Shown here one piece after another: positions 52,314 through 64,000 of a DNA stretch of 64,000 nucleotides. Within the stretch, counting starts at the first letter, position 1; each line of letters opens with the position of its first letter. The notes under the pieces were generated by a model. It saw only the letters and a list, made by a program, of their open reading frames with translations. It was not told the origin of the DNA and did no database searches. The stretch is from Lama glama. Taxonomy: Eukaryota. The DNA lies in the NCBI GenBank assembly GCA_028534125.1, contig CM052817.1, positions 21,826,001 to 21,890,000 of the forward strand. The letters are read 5' to 3'. The translations under genes were made by a program, and so were the position numbers.

Positions 52314-52737
52314 TGTTGACTTAAAGAAAAACACGCAGCATAAAAGTTGTGAGTTTAAATTTTATTCAGTGTTTTACTGGGGACCAGTAAGACAGTCTTG
52401 GAGACAGCTCTGAGGAACTACTACAAAGAGGTAGAGGAGGGACCAGTTTATGTATGATTTTTTTTTGCTAGGAAATACACGTATTCAAGCATACATCTTG
52501 GTAAAAGCTTACTGCTAATTACAAAGAACAAATATCTCTAGTTGATGATTTTATTGCTTTTATGTGTATCGGAAGATCTGAGGCATAGAGTGCCTCATCT
52601 TGTTTTTGTTTTGTTTTATTTTATCCTAAATTCCTCTCATAGTGCACTGCTGGTGGGCCACTGTAATGGGTTGTAGCTTAAACCCTTGTAGAACTGGGTG
52701 ATGAGTGACATTCTTTGTTCATCTTTGTTCATGATAG
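52314..52737 (-). mobile_element. ERV1 solo LTR, artiodactyl MER41-related
   Basis: TGTTGACTTAAAGAAAAA..AAAAGTTGTGAGTT..TTTTATTC (antisense poly-A signal), CAGCTCTGAGGAACT..AAAGAGGTA and TTACTGCTAATT..ATCTC. Confidence 0.7.
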
Positions 52738-53021
52738 AGATAAAGACAGATCAATGATTGCCAGAGGTTTTGCGTGGGGGAAGAGTTGGCTCTTAACAGA
52801 ATAAAAGGACGTTTTGGGGGCGACAAAGCCATTTTGCCTTGATTACCGCCCATGTGCATTTTTCAAGACTTGTAAAATGCTACCTTAAAAGGGATGACAT
52901 TTATTGTAAGTCAATACACCTTAATTTTAAAATGCAAGCCTTAAGTATTAGGTGGAAGGTCAAGTGACATAACTACATTCTCAATAAGGATTATAATATT
53001 AATTTAAAAATAAGTTTATAA

Positions 53022-53555
53022 TGTAGGGGAGGAAAATAACTTTTCTACCATTTTAGATTCTTGGCTGAGATAACCCCTGTAGTAAAAAGTTGAATTAACA
53101 GGAGAATAGCAAAAGTTTAATAACAGGTATACCTCTTGTATACATGGGAGATACCCACGAAAGCTGAGTAACTTCCTAAAAGGGCCCAAACCACCCCTTT
53201 AAATAATATCTCCAGCTAGAGACAAAGGATGTTGGGGCAGGAGGGGCCATCTATGGGAGATGATCAAGCAGAGTGCAGTAAGCAAGGATAGTTATTATGC
53301 AGACTCAAGTCATTGCCTTCTCTGCTAACAGTTTCTGGAGACTTAAAATCATCATTCTCTTTCTGGTACAGAGAGGGAGGCAACCTATAAATGGAGATTT
53401 CTTTTTATCATTATAAATGTCTCTGAAAAAAAGATAGCTTCAAAAGGTTTTTAGAACTTCTCCCACATCTACTATTTCTTAAAAATGATCAGCCTAAAAT
53501 AATCAGTGTGCCGAAGAGGCATGTTTGGGGTAGTGTATTTTGCTCCTCTTTGATA
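53022..53555 (-). mobile_element. ERV1 solo LTR, MER34/LTR39-like
   Basis: TGTAGGGGAGGAAAATAA, ATTAACAGGAGAA, ATACATGGGAGATACCC and AAAATAATCAGTGTGCCGAAGAGGCATGTTTGGGGT. Confidence 0.75.
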
Positions 53556-53714
53556 ACATGTTTGCATATGATTTGCAGTTTCTTTAAGTACAAAAAAGAA
53601 TGTATGTGTCTACATATAGCTCTTAATATTGATTACCTTTGAGCAGCAGGAGGTGTAGGTGTTTGTTTACTTTTTTCATTGAATGCTTATTAAGCATTTG
53701 TAGTATTTGATGAT

Positions 53715-53842
53715 ATGTTTAATTCCCCAGCAGAACTGTCATCTCAAGGGTGACTGGGATTTTTGTTTGCTCTGTTCACTGTGATTTCTAGAATGGTACC
53801 TGGTACGTAGTATGTGCTTAATTAATCTTTCTTAAATAGAAT
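53715..53842 (+). mobile_element. L2 3' end
   Basis: GGGATTTTTGTTTG..TGTTCACTG..CTAGAATGGTACCTGGTACGTAGTATGTGCTTAAT. Confidence 0.75.
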
Positions 53843-54302
53843 TGCTGACTACTTACTAGAATAGTGCCTCTAGGAATATCGTCTACTTTCAGTCTCATTT
53901 TTCTTACACATAGGTTTATCTGTTAAAGTAAATATTTGGCAACTACAAACATAACTTTATAGTTTACCTCACTTTTATTTTATCAAGTAGAGATAAATTT
54001 TAGTACTTTATATTCTATTTATTAGCAAAATATGGATAATATGTATATTTTAGAGATGATTTGTATATAATCCCCTGTGAAAGCTGAGGAAAATATACAG
54101 ATTTTAAGATTATAGTCAGTTTTATTCATGTTTTTTTTCTTCCTCTTTGCTTTTCTTTCTTCTCGTCCCTTTCTTCTTTTGTTCTTTTCTCTCTTTCTCT
54201 TTTTTTATTCAGCTTTGTTCCAAGTACAGTGCAGTTACTGGACATACCTTACTGAACACATTAAACAAGGTCCTCACCGTTAAGGACTTTAAGATCAAAT
54301 AG

Positions 54303-54570
54303 ATTTATTCAGTTACCCATTCAACAAATATTGATTGAATGCCTACCTTGTGCTAGTCATAATGCCAGATGTTAGACATCTGCTAGCTGTAAACAAGAAT
54401 GAATGGCAGTGCTTTTGCCCTTTCCAGGTTTACACCTCTGTGTGGCAGGGAATAGAGCACATTGAGAGAACAAACAAAGAAACTTATTCATGTATATTTC
54501 CAAACTGTGATGAACATTAAGAAGAGGAAATGCAGGGAGCTATGAGAAATTAAATACCAAGTCATAATTT
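54303..54570 (-). mobile_element. L2 3' end
   Basis: CATTCAACAAATATTGATTGAATGCCTACCTTGTGCTAG. Confidence 0.75.
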
Positions 54571-55136
54571 AGTTTTAACGGAGTTTACATTGTTAGTATT
54601 TATGTATGACTACTTTCACTTTTTAGCAATGAGATAAAAATTGTATGTGTGTATATATGTGTGTGTATGTGTGTATGTGTATATATTCTATTTCAATGCA
54701 AAGAAAACATCCATTTAATTTTCATCCTAAAACTGTCTGGTATAGCATAATTGTGAGCCCCTTAGGGCAGTTAACAAATGACCTAGAGATGATAACAATA
54801 TTACATATCAGCAAGATCTGTCATGCTTTTCATTATTATGATTGTAATATCATTTAAGGTTCCCAACAGGGTGAGATTTATTATGAGACAGATGTAGAAT
54901 TCCATATTTTATCATCATAGTGTTTGTGAGGCTAAGAAAATATACACATGCCTTTTCAGAAAATGATATAAGCAAACTCAATCAAAAATCATTTTGAGAA
55001 TTAAAATCATACCATGTTCTAGATCACTAGATTATCATCTAGTGACTATCATCAATTCTCTTACCTAGGTCACTAAAGTTAACTAAAGCTAAGTACTTTT
55101 TTTTCTACTTCAGTTAATCAAGTCTTGCTTTTTATC

Positions 55137-55520
55137 TGTTTATGGTTAAAGAAAACCAGAACCAGGCAGTAGTTAAGCAGTAAAGACAGATTTTATTTAG
55201 GAACTATTGCAATAAGGGAAAAGAGACCTCAGTAAAGAACTGAGCTCAGTTCTAAATACAGTAAGAACAGCAAGGAGTTATAGCCAAGGGAAAGTTTTGA
55301 GGAGAGGGGTCAGTGGATGGAAAATTATGGAGGAGACATTAAAGGAAATTCTTGCTAAACTGACCTAACAGGATTTCTAGCTGAAGGCACACTAGTGTGG
55401 TCAGATATCACCTGGAGGATGAGGAATTTGTTAGCTTTTGAGAGTGATCAGATATCATGGGTAGGGAATTCTCTCTAAACCAATATAGCAGGATTCTTTC
55501 TAAAACTGAGCCATGCAGGC
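55137..55520 (-). mobile_element. ERV1 LTR, MER31-like
   Basis: GTTAAAGAAAACCAGA..CAGATTTTATTTAGGAACTATTGCAATA, AATTCTTGCTAAACTGACCTAACAGGATT and TGATCAGATATCA. Confidence 0.78.
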
Positions 55521-55932
55521 TGTTAGGAAATCTCAATTTTCCTAAGTGGGAAAAAAGCCAGTTCTTCTTTCCTACGTCTTTCTTTTTTGTGTATTTCTAG
55601 TACTCTCACGCTACTGCCACGCTCACTCAGAATACTTCATTTCTGACACTTCAGGTCACCAAATGAGTGGAGGGTTTTTACCCCACAATAAGTTAAGTCT
55701 CTGCAATGCCAGTTGTGTGTCACACTTAACTCAATTCTGAAACTATCTAGAGACAATGTCAGATTGCACAGATTAAGGGCATATTCCCACAAAACTGCTC
55801 CCACCTCACTTCAGATGCCAATCACAAGTAGTAGGCTCCCAGGTTACCTACAACTTCTATAAATTGAGGTTTCCTACAACCTCCTCCTTGGGTTTGATTA
55901 ATTTGCTAGAGCAGCTCACAGAGCCCAGGGAT
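55521..55932 (-). mobile_element. LTR fragment, MER21-like
   Basis: TCACCAAATG, ACTCAATTCTGA.ACTATCT, CACTTCAGATGCCAATCACAAG and TTGATTAATTTGCTAGAGCAGCTCACAGA. Confidence 0.78.
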
Positions 55933-58409
55933 GAGAAACATCACATATTACATATTTACATAAAGAAAAGTTAAATAAGGCCACAATTTCCTTTTATTTT
56001 AACCCAGTATTAATTTTTCAGAGTAGGGTGTACTCTGTAATGGGCAATATTGCTTCTAGATCTTACTGTTTCTTAAGAAAGGCACTGTCAGTGAGAGAGG
56101 TTTTATAGAAAGAATACAGATTGGCAAAGATTTCAGAAATTAGGGCTACATGGGAAAGTTTGAAAGGATTAAAATATTAACCATACAAAACAAGAATATT
56201 TTCACTAGTTTATAATAGAATCCTATTAACTATTTTCTGATTTAGTGTGAGAGGAAAAATGAACTACTAATATTCTGTGAACCCAAAATGCCTTCCTTAT
56301 TCCTATAATAAATTCCTATAATGAAGAAACAAAGTCAGGAATATAAAGTGCTTTTATTTAATCGCCACAACCATCCTATAAACTGGTGATGGTGTCCCCA
56401 CTTTGACACTGTCAAAGCAGTCAGAGTTTTATGACAGTTTTCTTTTTTATACACCCCAAATGTTGTTACTAATCTGGTTACTATGGCCTACATATGTAAA
56501 TGTTAGTTACTTTGGTTTCTTTAAGAAAAAAAATGAGTCAAACTCTTGCACATTTGTTTTGTTCTTTGTGATATATGTTGTCTTGACTAAGCCTTTAAAA
56601 TATTTAAATGTGATTTCTACTCCTTGTAAGTACTATCTTATATAAGGACTTTGATGTTAAATAATAGTGATATCTCATTGTACATGCAGCAGATTTTTCT
56701 AAGTATTCTGTCCCAATGATTACTTGATTTTAAATTACTAAATTTTTAGCAGATCTCAAAGAATCCAGACAATAAGATAAAATAAAAACATTATCAATGA
56801 CATCGCTGATAGAGGATATAGTTACAAATAATCCGTGCTTCTCTTAAAACTAAATTCTAATTCATGAAAAGGAGATTTATTTCTTTTATTCTAATAATGT
56901 AGGTTATATTTTTGGAAGAATCTATAGTGCCACAATATAAATTTAATATCATATGGTACCAATCTCAAACGGTATCAGTTTATGATAGAAAATGAAATTG
57001 TGTGTGTGTTGTATTTGTTTAGCTGAGAGGCATTATTTCCAAACTGTTAATTTGAATATCTTATTTATAATTCAAAGCAAAAAAGTTATAATCTCACAGA
57101 TGTGATAATTTATCAAACACTGTGTTTGGTAGCCTGGTTGCAACAGAGATGTATTTTATACAAATTGTCCTGATACCTCAGAAGTACAATTTATACAATG
57201 AAATGGAGAGTAAGACACTATTGTCTTGGAAAAGAGCTTCATAGTACAGCCATCTTGAAGTCTTGTTATGGGATTAATTAGAAATAATGAGATTTGTGTG
57301 GAAACTTTTTTATTGTGTCTCAAAAGGTTTGTAAATAATAGAAATCTGAAGAGCTAATAAGAAATGACAAATGTATTATATTATATAACGAAACACTAAA
57401 GAACAGGTTTTTTTCCCTCCAATTAGGTACCAGCACTGAAAGGAAAAAGGAGCTAAAATCACAAATTCTCTTTCAATTACAATAATATAAAACACAACAT
57501 TTTAGCTAGTTAATTGCTGTCACGTCCTAGTGTAAAGAGAAATTGTTTAACATAAACCAATGTGGTCTTTCCACAAAATAACAGCTGCAATACTTACTGA
57601 AATACCGAGCCACTTCTTATTAACTCACTCTTATAAGTGTGATTCTTAAAGACAAAGAAGTAGTTTCATAAGTATATCAATGCCAAGATGTCATGTTTTG
57701 AAGTTTCAAATTATAGGAGATGATTGTTAAAATAATCAAAACTGAAGGAAAGTAATGCAGTCTTATTTTTATAAAAGTAAATTTCCAAATATGGATACAT
57801 GCTCTTTTTAGCTTATAGGACATAAAAGCAATCCCTTTCACCCACATTCTATAGTAGTCAAGCAGTTAAACCCAGAGATATAGGAAAATCTCCTCTACAG
57901 ACTAGTCTCTGCTCTCCATGTACCAATTTTCTGTCACAAAGGTGATTCAGGAAAGCTAATTGTAAAACACAATTTGAAATAATAAATCTTTTTTTACTTA
58001 TCCATCACCATCATAATAACAGACATAACACAGAATAGAGGGAAAAGATGCTTGAGGTAGCAGCTCCTTAAATATACGCTTGGCCACTGACATCTTTAGG
58101 ATATTAAGAGGAAAACAAAAAATTAAACCATCAGAAATAATTTGGAGAGCTGGTTTAATTAACCTAAGAAAAGATTTTTTAGGACCTCTCAGATTAATTG
58201 ATATGTGAGATTATTATAAAATTCCAGCAGTATCATGGACAGTATTTTCTCATCTTTCATCATTTTGACTTAAGCAAATGATAAAAATAAGCATCAAAAA
58301 TACTTCTTATATTTACCCAAATAATATTCTGCTTTCATCATTATTTGATCCATCCTTAAAGTTCCTGAAAACATATTTAAGTGGGATATCTAGCCACATC
58401 ATCGTGGAA

Positions 58410-58760
58410 TGTTCATTTATTCCCTCATTAATACCACATACAATGCATACCTATAGACCATGTGTAATATTGAAACCAAGTGCAGATCAGGATTATAGCA
58501 GTACCTAAGAAACATGTGCTCTTCGACTTAAGGAAGCAAACATTCTAGTGGGAAGAATCAGACATTAAACAAGGAAACTATATAAATGAGATAATCTCAG
58601 ATTATGGAAGAAGTGTAAACATGATTGCTAGGTGGAAAGTGAAGGTGGGTGGGGAGAGGGGTTCTGTTGAATGCATTGCTTGGGAAACAGCTCTCTGAGG
58701 AGGCAAGAAGGAGAAATATTTTGGTCTGACAGCTCAGGGTGCATGTTTGTGAGATTGGAA
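58410..58760 (-). mobile_element. L2 3' fragment
   Basis: TTCATTTATT, ACATTCTAGTGGGAAGA..AGACATTAAACAAG and CTCTCTGAGGAGG. Confidence 0.6.
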
Positions 58761-58886
58761 GTTTGCATACACTGACATATGCAAGTATTATGTTCATTAT
58801 GTTTTTGCAATACTAACATCTAGTCCATTATTCAAACATTTGGCAGAATTTAGCTGCAAGTAGAAACAAGGTAAAGAACTGTAAGA

Positions 58887-58916
58887 GTGTGTGTGTGTGT
58901 GTGTGTATGTGTATGT
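58887..58916. repeat. (GT)n microsatellite with degenerate end
   Basis: About 10 GT units followed by ATGTGTATGT. Confidence 0.85.
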
Positions 58917-59117
58917 AACTAGTCCTGGGGAATACAAAATGCTGGTTGTTCATACTCTATGATTCCAATCAAACTAACTCTGTAAAGATGTCCAAGTTTT
59001 CCAAGTGCCTGTTCATTTAAAATTCACACATATGTAAAATTCTGATGAAAATGTAAGTTATGGCCTTAAAGAGACTCAGTAGAGTTGATTTGATTCACCT
59101 CATTGAATTCATGCAAG

Positions 59118-59316
59118 ACCAGGTTTTTTCTAAAACGTGGACTTCCACCTACCTGCATGGAAATACATTGGCGACTTCTTTGAAAAATGCAGGTTATGTT
59201 CTTGTGTTCTTCCAGAACTAATTTATCAGCCTTTCTGAGGATGGAACATGAAGAACTGGCTTGTTAAGAGGCTCCCCCAGTGTTTTTTATGTACGCTAAA
59301 TTTGAAAACCTTTGTC
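59118..59316. mobile_element. hAT-Charlie MITE, MER5-like
   Basis: CAGGTTTTTTCTAAAACGTGG..CCTGCAT..AAAAATGCAG..CTCCCCCAGTG..TTTGAAAACC; ~200 bp. Confidence 0.65.
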
Positions 59317-59526
59317 TGAAGTACCACGTGTCTGCCATTCTATTATTACCACAGGTAATTAGTGGTTTTATGTAATGATAAACAGGTCATGTGATTACCG
59401 TTTCCACTAAACATGATTAACTGAAAGTAAAATCTACAGCTCTTATGTCCTCATTGTGATTTTACTTTTAGTTTGTATTTATTTATAAACTTTATTAAAA
59501 TGATAATGCTGGTTGAGTAATGATAC

Positions 59527-59843
59527 TGCTATGGTCTGAATGTTTGTGTCCCCGTAAAAGTCATATGTTGAAATCTTAACCCCCAAAGTTGATGGTATTA
59601 TGAGGTGCTTAAATGATGAGGGTAGAGTGTTAATGAATGGAATTAGCACCTTATGAAAAAGACCCCACAGAAAGCCCTTGCTCTTTCCACCCTGTGAGAA
59701 TATAGTAAAGAAGTCCTGGCTATGGACCATGCTGATGCCTTGATCTTGGACTTCACAGCCTCCAGGACTGTGAGAAATAAATTTGTTGTTTATAAGCAAC
59801 CCAATCTGTGGTATTTTGTTATAGCAGTCTATAGACTAAGACA
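59527..59843 (+). mobile_element. MaLR solo LTR, MLT1A-like, complete
   Basis: TG...CA termini (TGCTATGGTCTGAATG...GACTAAGACA), AATAAA signal, 5-bp TSD GATAC/GATAT. Confidence 0.92.
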
Positions 59844-60097
59844 GATATACTTCAGACATTCAATGTTAAAAAACAGAACAATATATACAGAAATTAACAT
59901 TTAAAGTTTGTCAGTCTTCTAGTAAAAGTCCTGCTCTTCTTTCACACTGAAGACAGCTTCAGGACTTTGCACCGTACACCAGTTCCCTCTTTCCTACATT
60001 TGAGAGTTGGAGAGAGCAAACATATCCCAAATGTGATATGGGCATGCAGTACATGATTCTTGGTGAGAATTTTATGCCAATATTTAATAATTTAAGC

Positions 60098-60392
60098 CAG
60101 TGCTACTCAATGTGTGGCACACACACTGGTGCTTGTCTATGAACAGTTTGTTACTGGTTTACCAGGAGATAAGAAATTTGTGCTACAAATAGAAATCATT
60201 CAATACTCTTCATCAAGAAAGTCATGTTATGCCACCCCCATCCCTCCCCTCCCCACCAGAAAAAAGCCAGTGAAACTCACCAGTGTAGTGTATCTACTGC
60301 CAGATTTGATTTAAAGTCTGGCTCAAGCTTCCCATCTCCTTAGGGGCAAATAATAACTAGATAGGCACAGACCAGCCTCTTTAAGTAGCATG
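60098..60392. mobile_element. hAT-Charlie MITE with long terminal inverted repeats
   Basis: Termini CAGTGCTACTCAATGTGTGG and CTTTAAGTAGCATG. Inner inverted arms GAGATAAGAAATTTGTGC..AAATCA and TGATTT..GGCTCAAGCTTCCCATCTC. Confidence 0.7.
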
Positions 60393-60984
60393 ATGGGGAC
60401 AAGCACATGTGGACAGTGTTTACTGCACTTCTTTGTCTTTGGCACATCTGTATTCATTTATACTGAATTGAAATATTCAGCTGTGGAAAATTTTTACTTT
60501 ACTTTCAATGTAAAATTTCTGGAAGTTTCCAGGAAATAACTATGTTCTGTTAAATTGGTTAAACTTAAAATTATTTCTTTGCAAGTAGCTAATTTGGGTC
60601 TATAATGCTTCACTGTTAAATAATCTATATAAATGCATAAAACAAATTTAAAAGAAAATAATGACTTTATATTAAATATAACATCACTTAATTGTTGACT
60701 TATAATTGAGAAAACAAGAGGAACATGAAGTTTAGATTTTTTATTTCCATTGATGCTTATTAAGTTCTGTTCATACATTCATAACTGTTTTGTGTTCTTT
60801 TAAATAATAGAACAGGAAGAATAATATTTACCTGGTTGCTGTGGTGAAAAACAGCATAGCATTAACCTCATGATTTAAAGAGACATTAGTCAGCTTTGAT
60901 AGAAAAAGTAAATTTGATGACATCTTCAGAATACTTTGCAGGTTGACTTTTATTAACTTATTGATTTCTTGAAATTGTTAGCAT

Positions 60985-61210
60985 ATAGTGTGTTATTTAA
61001 GAACTTGTTAATCACTATAAAATTTGGGTTTAAATCCTAACTCTGCTATCCACTTGCTATTTGTTCTTAAGCAAATAATATCTCAGATTGCCTATTATTT
61101 AAAATTCTTTAAAAATAGAAGTAAAAACACTAGCTGATAGTGTCCTTGGGTGGATCAGAACTTAAAACAAAATTATGAACTCAAGATTTGACACATAGTA
61201 GGTTCTTTGT
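60985..61210 (+). mobile_element. MIR SINE
   Basis: TGGGTTTAAATCCTAACTCTGCTATCCACTTGCTATTTGTTCTTAAGCAA...TGACACATAGTAGG. Confidence 0.7.
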
Positions 61211-61774
61211 AAGGTATCAGTACATATATATATAGTCAATTTGTACACATAGACAATAACACATTCCTCCAGAAACGATGCTAGTTACTGAAGTTATAGT
61301 GAAGAGGACATCATATTGGTCCTCAAGAAGTCTGAGAAGCATATAGTTTATAACTGAAATCCTGTAAATGAATGGAACTGCTAATCTTAGTGCTGTTAAA
61401 AAGAGTAGAACAATTTCATTTACTAAAGTAAAAATTCACATAGTTGGCAAGATCAGTTTATTATTGTCCTTGAAACATGTGAGTGCCATCAAGAGGAGTC
61501 ATTATTGTAGAAAACAATAAACATGACTATAAAAAGGCAAATAAATAAAGAAAAGAACTTTAGGTTTGAAGAACCAAACAGAAAATCAACCTTGAGACAC
61601 CCATTGCCAAATGGCAGTATGTGACCCAGGTCCTCGGGAATTTACCCTGTCATGAGTCTAATTAATAGTTTTTATGCCAGGAGTTCTGAATGTCTTTGGA
61701 AGTCAGTTGTATGGATTATTTATATCCATATCCATATATGGAAGTTATAATTGTGCTGTCTTTTTGGTTTTTAT

Positions 61775-62653
61775 TCTTTTTTTTTTTTACTGAGTAATAG
61801 TCATTTTACAATGTTGTGTCAAATTCTAGTGTAGAGCACAATTTTTCAGTTATATATGAGCATATATATATTCATTGTCACATTTTTTTTTGCTATGAGC
61901 TACCACAAGATCTTGTTTATATTTCCCTATGCTATACAGTATAATCTTGTTTATCTCTTCTGCATTTTAAAATCCCAGTCTGTTCCTTCCCCCCCCACCC
62001 CTCAACAACCACAAGTTTGTATTCTGTGTCTATGAGTCTGTTTCTGTTTTGTACTTACGTTTTGTTTGTTTTGTTTTGTTTTGTTTTTAAATTCTTCATA
62101 TGAACGATCTCATACGGTATTTTTCTTTCTCTTTCTGGCTTACGTCACTTAGAATGACATTCTCCAGGAACATCCATGTTCCTGCAAATGGTGTTATGTT
62201 GTCGGTTTTTATGGCTGAATAGTACTCTATCGTATAAATATACCACAGCTTCTTTACTCAGTCATCTGTTGATGGTCATCCAGGCCACTTCCATGTCCTG
62301 GCTATTGTAAATAGTGCTGCTATGAACATTGGGGTGCAGGTGTCATTTTGAAGTAGGGTTCCTTCTGGATTTATGCCCATGAGTGGGATTCCTCGGTCAC
62401 ATGGTAAGTCTATTCCTAGTCTTTTGAGGAATCTCCATACTGTTTTCCACGATGGCAACACCTGCTTTTTTGGCTTTTCCATTTGCATGGAATATCCTTT
62501 TCCATCCTTTCACTCTCAATCTGTATATGTCCTTCTCCCTAAAGTGGGTCTCTTGTATGCAGCATATTGAAGGTTCTTGCTTTATTATCCAGTCTGCCAC
62601 TCTATGTCTTTTGACTGGAGTATTTAGTCCATTAACATTTACAGTAATTAATG
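61775..62653 (-). mobile_element. Young L1 with most of ORF2 deleted (endonuclease N-terminus joined to ORF2 C-terminus, 3' UTR and poly-A)
   Basis: ITVNVNGLNTP..ADWIIKQEPSICCIQETHF..GWKRIFHANG..KKAGVAI (62653-62452) abuts WKTVWRFLK..TCTPMFIAALFTIARTWK, then 3' UTR and poly-T at 61777-61788 on the + strand. Confidence 0.93.
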
Positions 62654-63153
62654 NNNNNNNNNNNNNNNNNNNNNNNNNNNNNNNNNNNNNNNNNNNNNNN
62701 NNNNNNNNNNNNNNNNNNNNNNNNNNNNNNNNNNNNNNNNNNNNNNNNNNNNNNNNNNNNNNNNNNNNNNNNNNNNNNNNNNNNNNNNNNNNNNNNNNNN
62801 NNNNNNNNNNNNNNNNNNNNNNNNNNNNNNNNNNNNNNNNNNNNNNNNNNNNNNNNNNNNNNNNNNNNNNNNNNNNNNNNNNNNNNNNNNNNNNNNNNNN
62901 NNNNNNNNNNNNNNNNNNNNNNNNNNNNNNNNNNNNNNNNNNNNNNNNNNNNNNNNNNNNNNNNNNNNNNNNNNNNNNNNNNNNNNNNNNNNNNNNNNNN
63001 NNNNNNNNNNNNNNNNNNNNNNNNNNNNNNNNNNNNNNNNNNNNNNNNNNNNNNNNNNNNNNNNNNNNNNNNNNNNNNNNNNNNNNNNNNNNNNNNNNNN
63101 NNNNNNNNNNNNNNNNNNNNNNNNNNNNNNNNNNNNNNNNNNNNNNNNNNNNN
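62654..63153. other. Assembly gap (500 N)
   Basis: Exactly 500 N. Confidence 1.
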
Positions 63154-64000
63154 AAAAAAAAAATAGACCAAGATACTACAAAGAAAATACCTGTTTGGCA
63201 CTTAGCAATTCTCTTTATCTCTACCTCTGTGAGTGTAATTTACTGTGTTTCTTGTTGATGTTGCTGCTTAGTAATTAAAGAACTTTGAACCAATGCTCAG
63301 AAACCCAAAAGGAAGAAAATGAATGGCTGCACATTAGTTTAAGCATGGATTTGAGGATGTAATTTATTTATGAACTAATGAATTAATTCATGAGAATCTG
63401 GATGTGGTTATGGGATTAAGGTTCTTTGCTCTGTAATCTTTGTTCTGAAAACGTATAGTTTAGAGGTTTTAGCCAGCTGGTGACTAAGACCATTAAATGT
63501 AAGCCAGGTTGGTTTCTTTTTTTTCACTCACACAGTCACCTCAAAGCCAAACATAAGGACTACCTTCTGTCAAAATCAATATGCTTTTGAGGACAAATGT
63601 ATTTCATAGAAAAATGTTAAGCTTATTCCAGACAACCTTCCTGTTTTCTTTTCAGGTCAAGCCTTTTTTAAAATTAAGTAAGCAATAATCTAAGTATGAA
63701 TCTATGATTACAGAATAAGATCCTGAGAAATATTACACAATGAAAATGTGATGCAAAAATCTCAATTTTTCGGAAACTAGTAACTACCTATGTACACAAG
63801 CACTCCAGAATATAGTTTGAGACTGCTGCTACTGAAGCCCTTCTTTCAAAGATGTTGAAAAGGTAAACAATTTCTTTTACCAAAGATATTGATTAGGATC
63901 AGAAATGCTCAAAATCTTGAAGACATTTAAACTTTAAAGTGTTGTCTCTAAGGTCTTGCATAATTTTAAGACAAAAAGAGTAAAGCAGTTAAGGGGAGAC

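Larger units (their letters stand above)
51640..52935 (+). mobile_element. L1ME-type 3' region interrupted by a MITE and an LTR
   Basis: GGGAAACAGG..TACATTG..TTTTGGAAAATAA, TGTGTATGACATTCTTGCAAAAACAAA, AGATCAATGATTGCCAGAGG and TTTATTGTAAGTCAATACACCTTAAT. Confidence 0.6.

Noticed and set aside
18505..62653. Idea that the L1 5' half (18505-21252) and the L1 3' part (61775-62653) are one element split by mis-ordered contigs; both are minus strand, end at gaps and cover complementary regions
   Set aside because: The TSD does not match. The flank at the 5' end is TCATCTTCCATTTT, whereas the sequence beside the poly-T is TTGTGCTGTCTTTTTGG.

Overview
This is AT-rich, CpG-poor mammalian genomic DNA, most likely camelid: it carries a Vic-1-type tRNA-Ala-derived SINE at ~49.2 kb and artiodactyl-type L1 and LTR elements. 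It is broken by three placeholder gaps of exactly 500 N. No host protein-coding gene, RNA gene or prokaryotic system is recognisable, so the window reads as intronic or intergenic. The recognisable content is transposable elements. These include the 5' half of a young L1 (GC-rich promoter, three ~360-400 bp tandem units, ORF1 with two stops), several L1s with large internal deletions, and old L1M/L2/CR1/MIR fragments. There are also MaLR and ERV solo LTRs (five between 48 and 56 kb), hAT and Tigger MITEs, and microsatellites. The items most worth a second look are the internally deleted L1s with apparent microhomology junctions, a frame-preserving 39-nt micro-exon candidate with near-ideal splice sites (14592-14630), and a few CpG- or motif-enriched candidate enhancers. 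Repeat subfamily names come from recalled consensus sequences and need RepeatMasker/Dfam confirmation. I found no convincing novel biological system.
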